Below, piece after piece: positions 1 to 12,489 of a stretch of 64,000 bases of DNA. Within the stretch, counting starts at the first letter, position 1. Each line of letters begins with the position of its first letter. The notes under the pieces were generated by a model. The model was not told the DNA's origin and did no database searches. It worked only from the letters and a program-made list of their open reading frames with translations. The stretch comes from Eledone cirrhosa (lineage: Eukaryota), in NCBI GenBank assembly GCA_964016885.1, contig CAXHJY010001551.1:126475-190474 (forward strand), in the 5' to 3' direction. The position numbers and the translations under genes are program-made.

Positions 1-2200
1 GCTAAGCTATCCCAAGATAAGCTAAGCTAAGCTATCCTAAGCTAAGCTAAGCTATCCTAAGCTAAGCTAAGCTAAGCTATCCTAAGCTAAGCTAAGCTAA
101 GCTATCCTAAGCTAAGCTAAGCTAAGCTATCCTAAGCTAAGTTAAGCTAAGCTATACTAAGCTAAGCTAAGCTAAGCTATCCTAAGCTAAGCTAAGCTAA
201 GCTATCCTAAGCTATCCTAAGCTATCCTAAGCTAAGCTAAGCTAAGCTATCCTAAGCTAAGCTAAGCTATCCTAAGCTATCCTAAGCTATGCTATCCTAA
301 GCTAAGCTATCTTAAGCTATCCTAAGCTAAGCTATCCTAAGCTATCCTAAGCTAAGCTGTCCTAAGCTAAGCTATCCTAAGCTAACCTAAGCTAAGCTAT
401 CCTAAGCTAAGCTATCCTAAGCTGTCCTAAGCTAAGCTATCCTAAGCTATCCTAAGCTAAGCTAAGCTAAGCTATCCTAAGCTAAGCTAAGCTAAGCTAT
501 CCTAAGCTAAGCTAAGCTAAGCTATCCTAAGCAAAGCTAAGCTAAGCTATCCTAAGCTATCCTAAGCTAAGCTATCCTAAGCTAAGCTATCCTAAGCTAT
601 CCTAAGCTAAGCTATCCTAAGCTAAGCTATCCTAAGCTAAGCTATCCTAAGCTATCCTAAGCTAAGCTATCCTAAGCTATCCTAAGCTAAGCTAATCTAA
701 GCTATCCTAAGCTAAGCTAAGCTAAGCTATCCTAAGCTAAGCTAAGCTAAGCTATCCTAAGCCATCCTAAGCTAAGCTATCCTAAGCTAAGCTATCCTAA
801 GCTATCCTAAGCTAAGCTATCCTAAGCTAAGCTATCCTAAGCTATCCTAAGCTAAGCTATCCTAAGTTATCCTAAGCTAAGCTATCCTAAGCTATCCTAA
901 GCTAAGCTATCCTAAGCTATCCTAAGCTAAGCTAAGCTAAGCTATCCTAAGCTAAGCTAAGCTAAGCTAAGCTATCCTAAGCTAAGCTAAGCTAAGCTAT
1001 CCTAAGCTAAGCTAAGCTAAGCTATCCTAAGCTATCCTAAGCTAAGCTATCCTAAGCTAAGCTATCCTAAGCTATCCTAAGCTATCCTAAGCTATCCTAA
1101 GCTAAGCTATCCTAAGCTAAGCTATCCTAAGCTATCCTAAGCTAAGCTATCCTAAGCTAAGCTAAGCTAAGCTATCCTAAGCTAAGCTAAGCTAAGCTAA
1201 GCTATCCTAAGCTAAGCTAAGCTATCCTAAGCTAAGCTAAGCTAAGCTATCCTAAGCTAAGCTAAGCTATCCCAAGATAAGCTAAGCTAAGCTATCCTAA
1301 GCTAAGCTAAGCTAAGCTATCCTAAGCTAAGCTAAGCTAAGCTATCCTAAGCTAAGCTAAGCTAAGCTATCCTAAGCTAAGCTAAGCTAAGCTATCCTAA
1401 GCTAAGTTAAGCTAAGCTATACTAAGCTAAGCTAAGCTAAGCTATCCTAAGCTAAGCTAAGCTAAGCTATCCTAAGCTATCCTAAGCTATCCTAAGCTAT
1501 CCTAAGCTATCCTAAGCTAAGCTAAGCTAAGCTATCCTAAGCTAAGCTAAGCTATCCTAAGCTATCCTAAGCTATGCTATCCTAAGCTAAGCTATCTTAA
1601 GCTATCCTAAGCTAAGCTATCCTAAGCTATCCTAAGCTAAGCTATCCTAAGCTAAGCTATCCTAAGCTAACCTAAGCTAAGCTATCCTAAGCTAAGCTAT
1701 CCTAAGCTGTCCTAAGCTAAGCTATCCTAAGCTATCCTAAGCTAAGCTAAGCTAAGCTATCCTAAGCTAAGCTAAGCTAAGCTATCCTAAGCTAAGCTAA
1801 GCTAAGCTATCCTAAGCAAAGCTAAGCTAAGCTATCCTAAGCTATCCTAAGCTAAGCTATCCTAAGCTAAGCTATCCTAAGCTAAGCTATCCTAAGCTAT
1901 CCTAAGCTAAGCTATCCTAAGCTAAGCTATCCTAAGCTAAGCTATCCTAAGCTATCCTAAGCTAAGCTATCCTAAGCTATCCTAAGCTAAGCTAATCTAA
2001 GCTATCCTAAGCTAAGCTAAGCTAAGCTATCCTAAGCTAAGCTAAGCTAAGCTATCCTAAGCCATCCTAAGCTAAGCTATCCTAAGCTAAGTTATCCTAA
2101 GCTATCCTAAGCTAAGCTATCCTAAGCTAAGCGATCCTAAGCTATCCTAAGCTAAGCTATCCTAAGCTATCCTAAGCTAAGCTATCCTAAGCTATCCAAA
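1..2200. repeat. Tandem duplication, period about 1.26-1.30 kb
   Basis: The same ordered rare variants occur twice: CCAAG-ATAAG 12/1272, TTAAG 142/1407, CTATG 287/1572, CAAAG 532/1817, CTAAT 692/1992, CCATC 762/2062. Confidence 0.9.
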
Positions 2201-2989
2201 GCTAAGCTATCCTAAGCTATCCTAAGCTAAGCTAAGCTATCCTAAGCTAAGCTAAGCTAAGCTATCCTAAGCTAAGCTAAGCTAAGCTATCCTAAGCTAA
2301 GCTAAGCTAAGCTATCCTAAGCTAAGCTAAGCTAAGCTATCCTAAGCTATCCTAAGCTAAGCTATCCTAAGCTAAGATATCCTAAGCTATCCTAAGCTAA
2401 GCTATCCTAATCTATCCTAAGCTAAGCTATCCTAAGCTATCCTAAGCTAAGCTATCCTAAGCTATCCAAAGCTAAGCTATCCTAAGCTATCCTAAGCTAA
2501 GCTAAGCTAAGCTATCCTAAGCTAAGCTGAGCTAAGCTATCCTAAGCTAAGCTAAGCTAAGCTATCCTAAGCTAAGCTAAGCTAAGCTATCCTAAGCTAT
2601 CCTAAGCTAAGCTATCCTAAGCTATCCTAAGCTAAGCTATCCTAAGCTATCCTAAGCTAAGCTAAACTAAGCTATCCTAAGCTAAGCTAAGCTAAGCTAT
2701 CCAAAGCTATCCTAAGCTAAGCTATCCTAAGCTAAGCTATCCTAAGCTATCCTAAGCTAAGCTATCATAAGCTATCCTAAGCTAAGCTATCCTAAGCTAA
2801 GCTATCCTAGGCTAAGCTATCCTAAGTTATCCTAAGCTAAGCTATCCTAAGCTATCCTAAGCTAAGCTATCCTAAGCTATCCTAAGCTAAGCTAAGCTAT
2901 CCTAAGCTAAGCTAAGCTAAGCTAAGCTATCCTAAGCTAAGCTAAGCTAAGCTATCCTAAGCTAAGCTAAGCTAAGCTAAGCTAAGCTA

Positions 2990-5900
2990 AGCTATCCTAA
3001 GCTAAGCTAAGCTAAGCTATCCTAAGCTAAGCTAAGCTATCCTAAGCTAAGCTAAGCTAAGCTGTCCTAAGCTAAGCTAAGCTAAGCTATCCTAAGCTAA
3101 GCTAAGCTAAGCTATCCTAAGCTAAGCTAAGCTATCCTAAGCTAAGCTAAGCTAAGCTATCCTAAGCTAAGCTAAGCTAAGCTATCCTAAGCTAAGCTAA
3201 GCTAAGCTATCCTAAGCTATCCTAAGCTATCCTAAGCTAAGCTATCCTAAGCTATCCTAAGCTAAGCTATCCTAAGCTATCCTAAGCTAAGCTAAGCTAA
3301 GCTATCCTAAGCTAAGCTAAGCTAAGCTATCCTAAGCTAAGCTAATCTAAGCTATCCTAAGCTAAGCTAAGCTAAGCTATCCTAAGCTATCCTAAGCTAA
3401 GCTATCCTAAGCTAAGCTATCCTAAGCTATCCTAAGCTAAGCTATCCTAAGCTATCCTAAGCTAAGCTATCCTAAGCTAAGCTATCCTAAGCTATCCTAA
3501 GCTAAGCTATCCTAAGCTATCCTAAGCTAAGCTATCCTAAGCTTAGCTAAGCTAAGCTAAGCAAACCTAAGCTAAGCTATCCTAAGCTAAGCTAAGCTAA
3601 GCTATCCTAAGCTAAGCTAAGCTATCCTAAGCTATCCTAAGCTAAGCTATCCTAAGCTAAGCTATCCTAAGCTAAGCTATCCTAAGCTATCCTAAGCTAA
3701 GCTATCCTAAGCTAAGCTCTCCTAAGGTAAGCTATCCTAAGCTATCCTAAGCTAAGCTATCCTAAGCTATCCTAAGCTAAGCTAAGCTAAGCTAAGCTCT
3801 CCTAAGCTAAGCTAAGCTAAGCTATCCTAAGCTAAGCTAAGCTAAGCTAAGCTAAGCTATCCTAAGCTAAGCTAAGCTAAGCTACCTAAGCTAAGCTAAG
3901 CTAAGCTATCCTAAGCTAAGCTAAGCTAAGCTATCCTAAGCTAAGCTAAGCTAAGCTCTCCTAAGCTAAGCTAAGCTAAGCTATCCTAAGCTAAGCTAAG
4001 CTTTCCTAAGCTAAGCTAAGCTAAGCTATCCTAAGCTAAGCTAATCTATCCTAAGCTAAGCTAAGCTAAGCTATCCTAAGCTAAGCTAAGCTAAGCTATC
4101 CTAAGCTAAGCTAAGCTAAGCTATCCTAAGATAAGCTAAGCTAAGCTATCCTAAGCTAAGCTAAGCTAAGCTATCCTAAGCTAAGCTAAGCTATCCTAAG
4201 CTAAGCTAAGCTAAGCTATCCTAAGCTAAGCTAAGCTATCCTAAGCTAAGCTAAGCTAAGCTATCCTAAGCTAAGCTAAGCTAAGCTATCCTAAGCTATC
4301 CTAAGCTAAGCTATCCTAAGCTAAGCTATCCTAAGCTATCCTAAGCTAAGCTATCCTAAGCTAAGCTAAGCTAAGCTATCCTAAGCTAAGCTAAGCAATC
4401 CTAAGCTAAGCTAAGCTAAGCTATCCTAAGCTAAGCTAAGCTAAGCTATCCTAAGCTAAGCTAAGCTAAGCTATCCTAAGCTAAGCTAAGCTAAGCTATC
4501 CTAAGCTAAGCTAAGCTAAGCTATCCTAAGCTAAGCTAAGCTAAGCTATCCTAAGCTATCCTAAGCTATCCTAAGCTAAGCTAAGCTAAGCTATCCTAAG
4601 CTAAGCTAAGCTAAGCTATCCTAAGCTAAGCTAAGCTAAGCTATCCTAAGCTATGCTAAGCTATCCTAAGCTAAGCTAAGCTAAGCTATCCTAAGCTAAG
4701 CTAAGCTAAGCTAAGCTATCCTAAGCTATCCTAAGCTAAGCTATCCTAAGCTAAGCTAAGCTAAGCTATCCTAAGCTAAGCTAAGCTAAGCTATCCTAAG
4801 CTAAGCTAAGCTAAGCTATCCTAAGCTAAGCTAAGCTAAGCTATCCTAAGCTAAGCTATCCTAAGCTATCCTAAGCTAAGCTAAGCTAAGCTAACCTAAG
4901 CTAAGCTATCCTAAGCTAAGCTATCCTAAGCTAAGCTATCCTAAGCTAAGCTAAGCTAAGCTATCCTAAGCTAAGCTAAGCTAAGCTATCCTAAGCTAAG
5001 CTAAGCTATCCTAAGCTAAGCTAAGCTAAGCTGTCCTAAGCTAAGCTAAGCTAAGCTATCCTAAGCTAAGCTAAGCTAAGCTATCCTAAGCTAAGCTAAG
5101 CTATCCTAAGCTAAGCTAAGCTAAGCTATCCTAAGCTAAGCTAAGCTAAGCTATCCTAAGCTAAGCTAAGCTAAGCTATCCTAAGCTATCCTAAGCTATC
5201 CTAAGCTAAGCTATCCTAAGCTATCCTAAGCTAAGCTATCCTAAGCTATCCTAAGCTAAGCTAAGCTAAGCTATCCTAAGCTAAGCTAAGCTAAGCTATC
5301 CTAAGCTAAGCTAAGCTAAGCTATCCTAAGCTAAGCTAAGCTAAGCTACCCTAAGCTATCCTAAGCTAAGCTATCCTAAGCTAAGCTATCCTAAGCTATC
5401 CTAAGCTAAGCTATCCTAAGCTATCCTAAGCTAAGCTATCCTAAGCTAAGCTATCCTAAGCTATCCTAAGCTAAGCTATCCTAAGCTATCCTAAGCTAAG
5501 CTATCCTAAGCTAAGCTAAGCTAAGCTAAGCTAACCTAAGCTAAGCTATCCTAAGCTAAGCTAAGCTAAGCTATCCTAAGCTAAGCTAAGCTAAGCTATC
5601 CTAAGCTATCCTAAGCTAAGCTATCCTAAGCTAAGCTCTCCTAAGGTAAGCTATCCTAAGCTATCCTAAGCTAAGCTATCCTAAGCTATCCTAAGCTAAG
5701 CTAAGCTAAGCTCTCCTAAGCTAAGCTAAGCTAAGCTATCCTAAGCTAAGCTAAGCTAAGCTAAGCTATCCTAAGCTAAGCTAAGCTAAGCTACCTAAGC
5801 TAAGCTAAGCTAAGCTATCCTAAGCTAAGCTAAGCTAAGCTATCCTAAGCTAAGCTAAGCTAAGCTCTCCTAAGCTAAGCTAAACTAAGCTATCCTAAGC

Positions 5901-6100
5901 TAAGCTAAGCTTTCCTAAGCTAAGCTAAGCTAAGCTATCCTAAGCTAAGCTAATCTATCCTAAGCTAAGCTAAGCTAAGCTATCCTAAGCTAAGCTAAGC
6001 TAAGCTATCCTAAGCTAAGCTAAGCTAAGCTATCCTAAGCTAAGCTAAGCTAAGCTATCCTAAGCTAAGCTAAGCTATCCTAAGCTAAGCTAAGCTAAGC
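2990..6100. repeat. Tandem duplication, period about 1.9-1.97 kb (the pair recurs at about 38500-41600)
   Basis: Marker pairs are CTGTC 3062/5031, CTCTC-CTAAG-GTAAG 3717/5636 and the 4-bp CTAC unit 3882/5791. The same pairs recur at 38563/40502 and 39358/41262. Confidence 0.9.
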
Positions 6101-6479
6101 TATCCTAAGCTAAGCTAAGCTATCCTAAGCTAAGCTAAGCTATCCTAAGCTATCCTAAGCTATCCTAAGCTAAGCTAAGCTAAGCTATCCTAAGCTAAGC
6201 TAAGCTAAGCTATCCTAAGCTAAGCTAAGCTAAGCTATCCTAAGCTAAGCTAAGCTAAGCTATCCTAAGCTAAGCTAAGCTAAGCAATCCTAAGCTATCC
6301 TAAGCTAAGCTATCCTAAGCTAAGCTAAGCTAAGCTATCCTAAGCTAAACTAAGCTAAGCTAACCTAAGCTAAGCTAAGCTAAGCTATCCTAAGCTAAGC
6401 TATCCTAAGCTATCCTAAGCTAAGCTAAGCTAAGCTAACCTAAGCTAAGCTATCCTAAGCTAAGCTATCCTAAGCTATC

Positions 6480-9300
6480 CTAAGCTAAGCTAAGCTATCC
6501 TAAGCTAAGCTAAGCTAAGCTAAGCTATCCTAAGCTAAGCTATGCTAAGCTAAGCTATCCTAAGCTAAGCTAAGCTAAGCTATCCTAAGCTAAGCTAAGC
6601 TAAGCTATCCTAAGCTAAGCTAAGCTATCCTAAGCTAAGCTAAGCTAAGCTATCCTAAGCTAAGCTAAGCTATCCTAAGCTAAGCTAAGCTAAGCTAAGC
6701 TAAGCTATCCTAAGCTAAGCTAAGCTAAGCTATCCTAAGCTAAGCTAAGCTAAGCTATCCTAAGCTAAGCTAAGCTATCCTAAGCTAAGCTAAGCTATCC
6801 TAAGCTAAGCTAAGCTAAGCTATCCTAAGCTAAGCTAAGCTAAGCTATCCTAAGCTAAGCTAAGCTAAGCTATCCTAAGCTAAGCTAAGCTAAGCTATCC
6901 TAAGCTAAGCTAAGCTATCCTAAGCTAAGCTAAGCTATCCTAAGCTAAGCTAAGCTAAGCTATCCTAAGCTAAGCTAAGCTAAGCTATCCTAAGCTATCC
7001 TAAGCTAAGCAATCCTAAGCTAAGCTAAGCTGAGCTATCCTAAGCTAAGCTAAGCTATCCGAAGCTAAGCTAAGCTAAGCTATCCTAAGCTAAGCTATCC
7101 TAAGCTATCCTAAGCTAAGCTATCCTAAGCTAAGCTATCCTAAGCTAAGCTATCCTAAGCTATCCTAAGCTAAGCTATCCTAAGCTAAGCTAAGCTAAGC
7201 TATCCTAAGCTAAGCTAAGCTAAGCTATCATAAGCTAAGCTAAGCTATCCTAAGCTAAGCTAAGCTAAGCTATCCTAAGCTAAGCTAAGCTAAGTTATCC
7301 TAAGCTAAGCTAAGCTAAGCTATCCTAAGCTATCCTAAGCTAAGCTATCCTAAGCTAAGCTATCCTAAGCTAAGCTATCCTAAGCTATCCTAAGCTAAGC
7401 TAAGCTAAGCTATCCTAAGCTAAGCTAAGCTAAGCTATCCTAAGCTAAGCTAAGCTAAGCTAAGCTAAGCTATCCTACGCTAAGCTAAGCTATCCTAAGC
7501 TAAGCTAAGCTAAGCTATCCTAAGCTAAGCTAAGCTAAGCTCTCCTAAGCTAAGCTAAGCTAAGCTAAGCTATCCTAAGCTAAGCTAAGCTATCCTAAGC
7601 TAAGCTAAGCTAAGCTATCCTAAGCTAAGCTAAGCTATCCTAAGCTAAGCTAAGCTAAGCTATCCTAAGCTAAGCTAAGCTAAGCTATCCTAAGCTAAGC
7701 TAAGCTATCCTAAGCTAAGCTAAGCTAAGCTATCCTAAGCTAAGCTAAGCTATCCTAAGCTATCCTAAGCTATCCTAAGCTAAGCTAAGCTAAGCTATCC
7801 TAAGCTAAGCTATCCTAAGCTATCCTAAGCTAAGCTAAGCTAAGCTAACCTAAGCTAAGCTATCCTAAGCTAAGCTATCCTAAGCTAAGCTATCCTAAGC
7901 TAAGCTAAGCTAAGCTATCCTAAGCTAAGCTAAGCTATCCTAAGCTAAGCTAAGCTAAGCTATCCTAAGCTAAGCTAAGCTAAGCTATCCTAAGCTAAGC
8001 TATCCTAAGCTATCCTAAGCTAAGCTATCCTAAGCTATCCTAAGCTAAGCTATCCTAAGCTATCCTAAGCTAAGCTAAGCTAAGCTATCCTAAGCTAAGC
8101 TAAGCTAAGCTATCCTAAGCTAAGCTAAGCTAAGCTATCCTAAGCTATCCTAAGCTAAGCTATCCTAAGCTAAGCTATCCTAAGCTAAGCTATCCTAAGC
8201 TATGCTAAGCTAAGCTATCCTAAGCTAAGCTATCCTAAGCTATTCTAAGCTAAGCTATCCTAAGCTATCCTAAGCTAAGCTAAGCTATCCTAAGCTAAGC
8301 TAAGCTAAGCTAAGCTATCCTAAGCTAAGCTATGCTAAGCTAAGCTATCCTAAGCTAAGCTAAGCTAAGCTATCCTAAGCTAAGCTAAGCTAAGCTATCC
8401 TAAGCTAAGCTAAGCTATCCTAAGCTAAGCTAAGCTAAGCTATCCTAAGCTAAGCTAAGCTATCCTAAGCTAAGCTAAGCTAAGCTAAGCTATCCTAAGC
8501 TAAGCTAAGCTAAGCTATCCTAAGCTAAGCTAAGCTAAGCTATCCTAAGCTAAGCTAAGCTAAGCTATCCTAAGCTAAGCTAAGCTATCCTAAGCTAAGC
8601 TAAGCTAAGCTATCCTAAGCTAAGCTAAGCTATCCTAAGCTAAGCTAAGCTAAGCTATCCTAAGCTAAGCTAAGCTAAGCTATCCTAAGCTAAGCTAAGC
8701 TATCCTAAGCTAAGCTAAGCTAAGCTATCCTAAGCTAAGCTAAGCTAAGCTATCCTAAGCTATCCTAAGCTAAGCAATCCTAAGCTAAGCTAAGCTGAGC
8801 TATCCTAAGCTAAGCTAAGCTATCCGAAGCTAAGCTAAGCTAAGCTATCCTAAGCTAAGCTATCCTAAGCTATCCTAAGCTAAGCTATCCTAAGCTAAGC
8901 TATACTAAGCTATCCTAAGCTAAGCTATCCTAAGCTAAGCTAAGCTAAGCTATCCTAAGCTAAGCTAAGCTAAGCTATCATAAGCTAAGCTAAGCTATCC
9001 TAAGCTAAGCTAAGCTAAGCTATCCTAAGCTAAGCAAAGCTAAGTTATCCTAAGCTAAGCTAAGCTAAGCTATCCTAAGCTATCCTAAGCTAAGCTATCC
9101 TAAGCTAAGCTATCCTAAGGTAAGCTATCCTAAGCTATCCTAAGCTAAGCTATCCTAAGCTATCCTAAGCTAAGCTAAGCTAAGCTATCCTAAGCTAAGC
9201 TAAGCTAAGCTATCCTAAGCTAAGCTAAGCTAAGCTAAGCTAAGCTAAGCTAAGCTATCCTAAGCTAAGCTAAGCTATCCTAAGCTAAGCTAAGCTATCC
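6480..9300. repeat. Internal tandem duplication within segment S, period about 1.77 kb, with a third partial copy near 11900
   Basis: The CAATC...CTGAG...CGAAG triple occurs at 7010, 8775 and 11910, each followed by ATAAG and TTATC variants; CTATG at 6540/8330. Confidence 0.85.
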
Positions 9301-10689
9301 TAAGCTAAGCTAAACTAAGCTCTCCTAAGCTAAGCTAAGCTAAGCTATCCTAAGCTTAGCTAAGCTATCCTAAGCTAAGCTAAGCTAAGCTATCCTAAGC
9401 TAAGCTAAGCTATCCTAAGCTAAGCTAAGCTAAGCTATCCTAAGCTAAGCTAAGCTAAGCTATCCTAAGCTAAGCTAAGCTAAGCTATCCTAAGCTAAGC
9501 TAAGCTATCCTAAGCTAAGCTAAGCTAAGCTATCCTAAGCTAAGCTAAGCTAAGCTATCCTAAGCTAAGCTAAGCTAAGCTATCCTAAGCTATCCTAAGC
9601 TATCCTAAGCTAAGCTAAGCTATCCTAAGCTAAGCTAAGCTAAGCTATCCTAAGCTAAGCTAAGCTATCCTAAGCTAAGCTAAGCTAAGCTATCCTAAGC
9701 TAAGCTAAGCTATCCTAAGCTAAGCTAAGCTAAGCTATCCTAAGCTAAGCTAAGCTATCCTAAGCTATCCTAAGCTAAGCTATCCTAAGCTAAGCTAAGC
9801 TAAGCTATCCTAAGCTAAGCTAAGCTAAGCTATCCTAAGCTAAGCTAAGCTAAGCTATCCTAAGCTAAGCTATCCTAAGCTAACCTAAGCTAAGCTAAGC
9901 TATCCTAAGCTAAGCTAAGCTATCCTAAGCTAAGCTAAGCTAAGCTATCCTAAGCTAAGCTAAGCTAAGCTATCCTAAGCTCTCCTAAGCTAAGCTATCC
10001 TAAGCTAAGCTAAGCTAAGCTATCCTAAGCTAAGCTAAGCTATCCTAAGCTAAGCTAAGCTAAGCTATCCTAAGCTAAGCTATCCTAAGCTATCCTAAGC
10101 TAAGCTAAGCTAAGCTATCCTAAGCTAAGCTATCCTAAGCTATCCTAAGCTAAGCTAAGCTAAGATAAGCTATCCTAAGCTAAGCTATCCTAAGCTAAGC
10201 TATCCTAAGCTATCCTAAGCTAAGCTATCCTAAGCTATCCTAAGCTAAGCTATCCTAAGCTATCCTAAGCTATCCTAAGCTAAGCTAAGCTAAGCTATCC
10301 TAAGCTAAGCTAAGCTAAGCTATCCTAAGCTAAGCTAAGCTAAGCTATCCTAAGCTATCCTAAGCTAAGCTAAGCTAAGCTATCCTAAGCTAAGCTATCC
10401 TAAGCTATCCTAAGCTAAGCTATCCTAAGCTAAGCTATCCTAAGCTAAGCTATCCTAAGCTATCCTAAGCTAAGCTATCCTAAGCTATCCTAAGCTAAGC
10501 TAAGCTATCCTAAGCTAAGCTAAGCTAAGCTATCCTAAGCTAAGCTAAGCTAAGCTTTCCTAAGCTATCCTAAGCTAAGCTATCCTAAGCTAAGCTATCC
10601 TAAGCTATCCTAAGCTAAGCTAAGCTAAGCTATCCTAAGCTAAGCTATCCTAAGCTAAGCTAAGCTAAGCTATCCTAAGCTAAGCTATC

Positions 10690-11780
10690 CTGTGCTAAGC
10701 TAAGCTAAGCTATCCTAAGCTAAGCTAAGCTAAGCTATCCTAAGCTAAGCTATCCTAAGCTAAGCTAAGCTAAGCTATCCTAAGCTAAGCTAAGCTATCC
10801 TAAGCTAAGCTAAGCTATCCTAAGCTAAGCTAAGCTAAGCTTTCCTAAACTAAGCTAAGCTATCCTAAGCTAAGCTAAGCGAAGCTATCCTAAGCTAATC
10901 TAAGCTAAGCTATCCTAAGCTAAGCTAAGCTAAGCTATCCTAAGCCAAGCTAAGCTAAGCTATCCTAAGCCAAGCTAAGCTAAGCTATCCTAAGCCAAGC
11001 TAAGCGAAGCTATCCTAAGCTAAGCTAAGCTAAGCTTTCCTAAGCTTAGCTAAGCTAAGCTATCCTAAGCTAAGCTAAGCTAAGCTATCCTAAGCTAAGC
11101 TAAGCTAAGCTATCCTAGGCTAAGCTAAGCTAAGCTATCCTAAGCTAAGCTATCCTAAGCTAAGCTAAGCTAAGCTATCCTAAGCTAAGCTAAGCTAAGC
11201 TATCCTATGCTAAGCTAAGCTAAGCTATCCTAAGCTAAGCTAAGCTAAGCTATCCTAAGCTAAGCTAAGCTAAGCTATCCTAAGCTAAGCTAAGCTATCC
11301 TAAGCTAAGCTATCCTAAGCTAAGCTAAGCTAAGCTATCCTAAGCTAAGCTAAGCTAAGCTTTCCTAAGCTATCCTAAGCTAAGCTATCCTAAGCTAAGC
11401 TAAGCTAAGCTATCCTAAGCTAAGCTAAGCTATCCTAAGCTAAGCTAAGCTAAGCTATCCTAAGCTAAGCTATCCTAAGCTATCCTAAGCTAAGCTATCC
11501 TAAGCTATCCTAAGCTAAGCTATCCTAAGCTAAGCTATCCTAAGCTAAGCTATTCTAAGCTAAGCTAAGCTAAGCTATCCTAAGCTAAGCTTAGCTAAGC
11601 TATCCTAAGCTAAGCTAAGCTAAGCTATCCTAAGCTAAGCTAAGCTAAGCTTTCCTAAGCTTAGCTAAGCTATCGGAAGCTATGCTAAGCTAATCTATCC
11701 TAAGCTAAGCTAAGCTAAGCTATCCTAAGCTATCCTAAGCTAAGCTATCCTAAGCTAATCTATCCTAAGCTATGCCAAGC
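10690..11780. repeat. Variant-dense (degenerate) island of the satellite; copies at 31113-32200 and 61418-62505
   Basis: About 20 variant pentamers in about 1.1 kb, including double substitutions CTGTG (10690) and GGAAG (11675). The same series is seen at +20423 and at a further +30305. Confidence 0.9.
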
Positions 11781-12489
11781 TAAGCTATCCTAAGCTAAGC
11801 TAAGCTAAGCTATCCTAAGCTAAGCTAAGCTAAGCTATCCTAAGCTAAGCTAAGCTAAGCTATCCTAAGCTAAGCTAAGCTAAGCTATCCTAAGCTATCC
11901 TAAGCTAAGCAATCCTAAGCTAAGCTAAGCTGAGCTATCCTAAGCTAAGCTAAGCTATCCGAAGCTAAGCTAAGCTAAGCTATCCTAAGCTAAGCTATCC
12001 TAAGCTATCCTAAGCTAAGCTATCCTAAGCTAAGCTATACTAAGCTATCCTAAGCTAAGCTATCCTAAGCTAAGCTAAGCTAAGCTATCCTAAGCTAAGC
12101 TAAGCTAAGCTATCATAAGCTAAGCTAAGCTATCCTAAGCTAAGCTAAGCTAAGCTATCCTAAGCTAAGCTAAGCTAAGTTATCCTAAGCTAAGCTAAGC
12201 TAAGCTATCCTAAGCTATCCTAAGCTAAGCTATCCTAAGCTAAGCTATCCTAAGGTAAGCTATCCTAAGCTATCCTAAGCTAAGCTATCCTAAGCTATCC
12301 TAAGCTAAGCTAAGCTAAGCTATCCTAAGCTAAGCTAAGCTAAGCTATCCTAAGCTATCCTAAGCTAAGCTATCCTAAGCTATCCTAAGCTAAGCTATCC
12401 TAAGCTATCCTAAGCTAAGCTAAGCTAAGCTATCCTAAGCTAAGCTAAGCTAAGCTATCCTAAGCTAAGCTAAGCTATCCAAAGCTATC

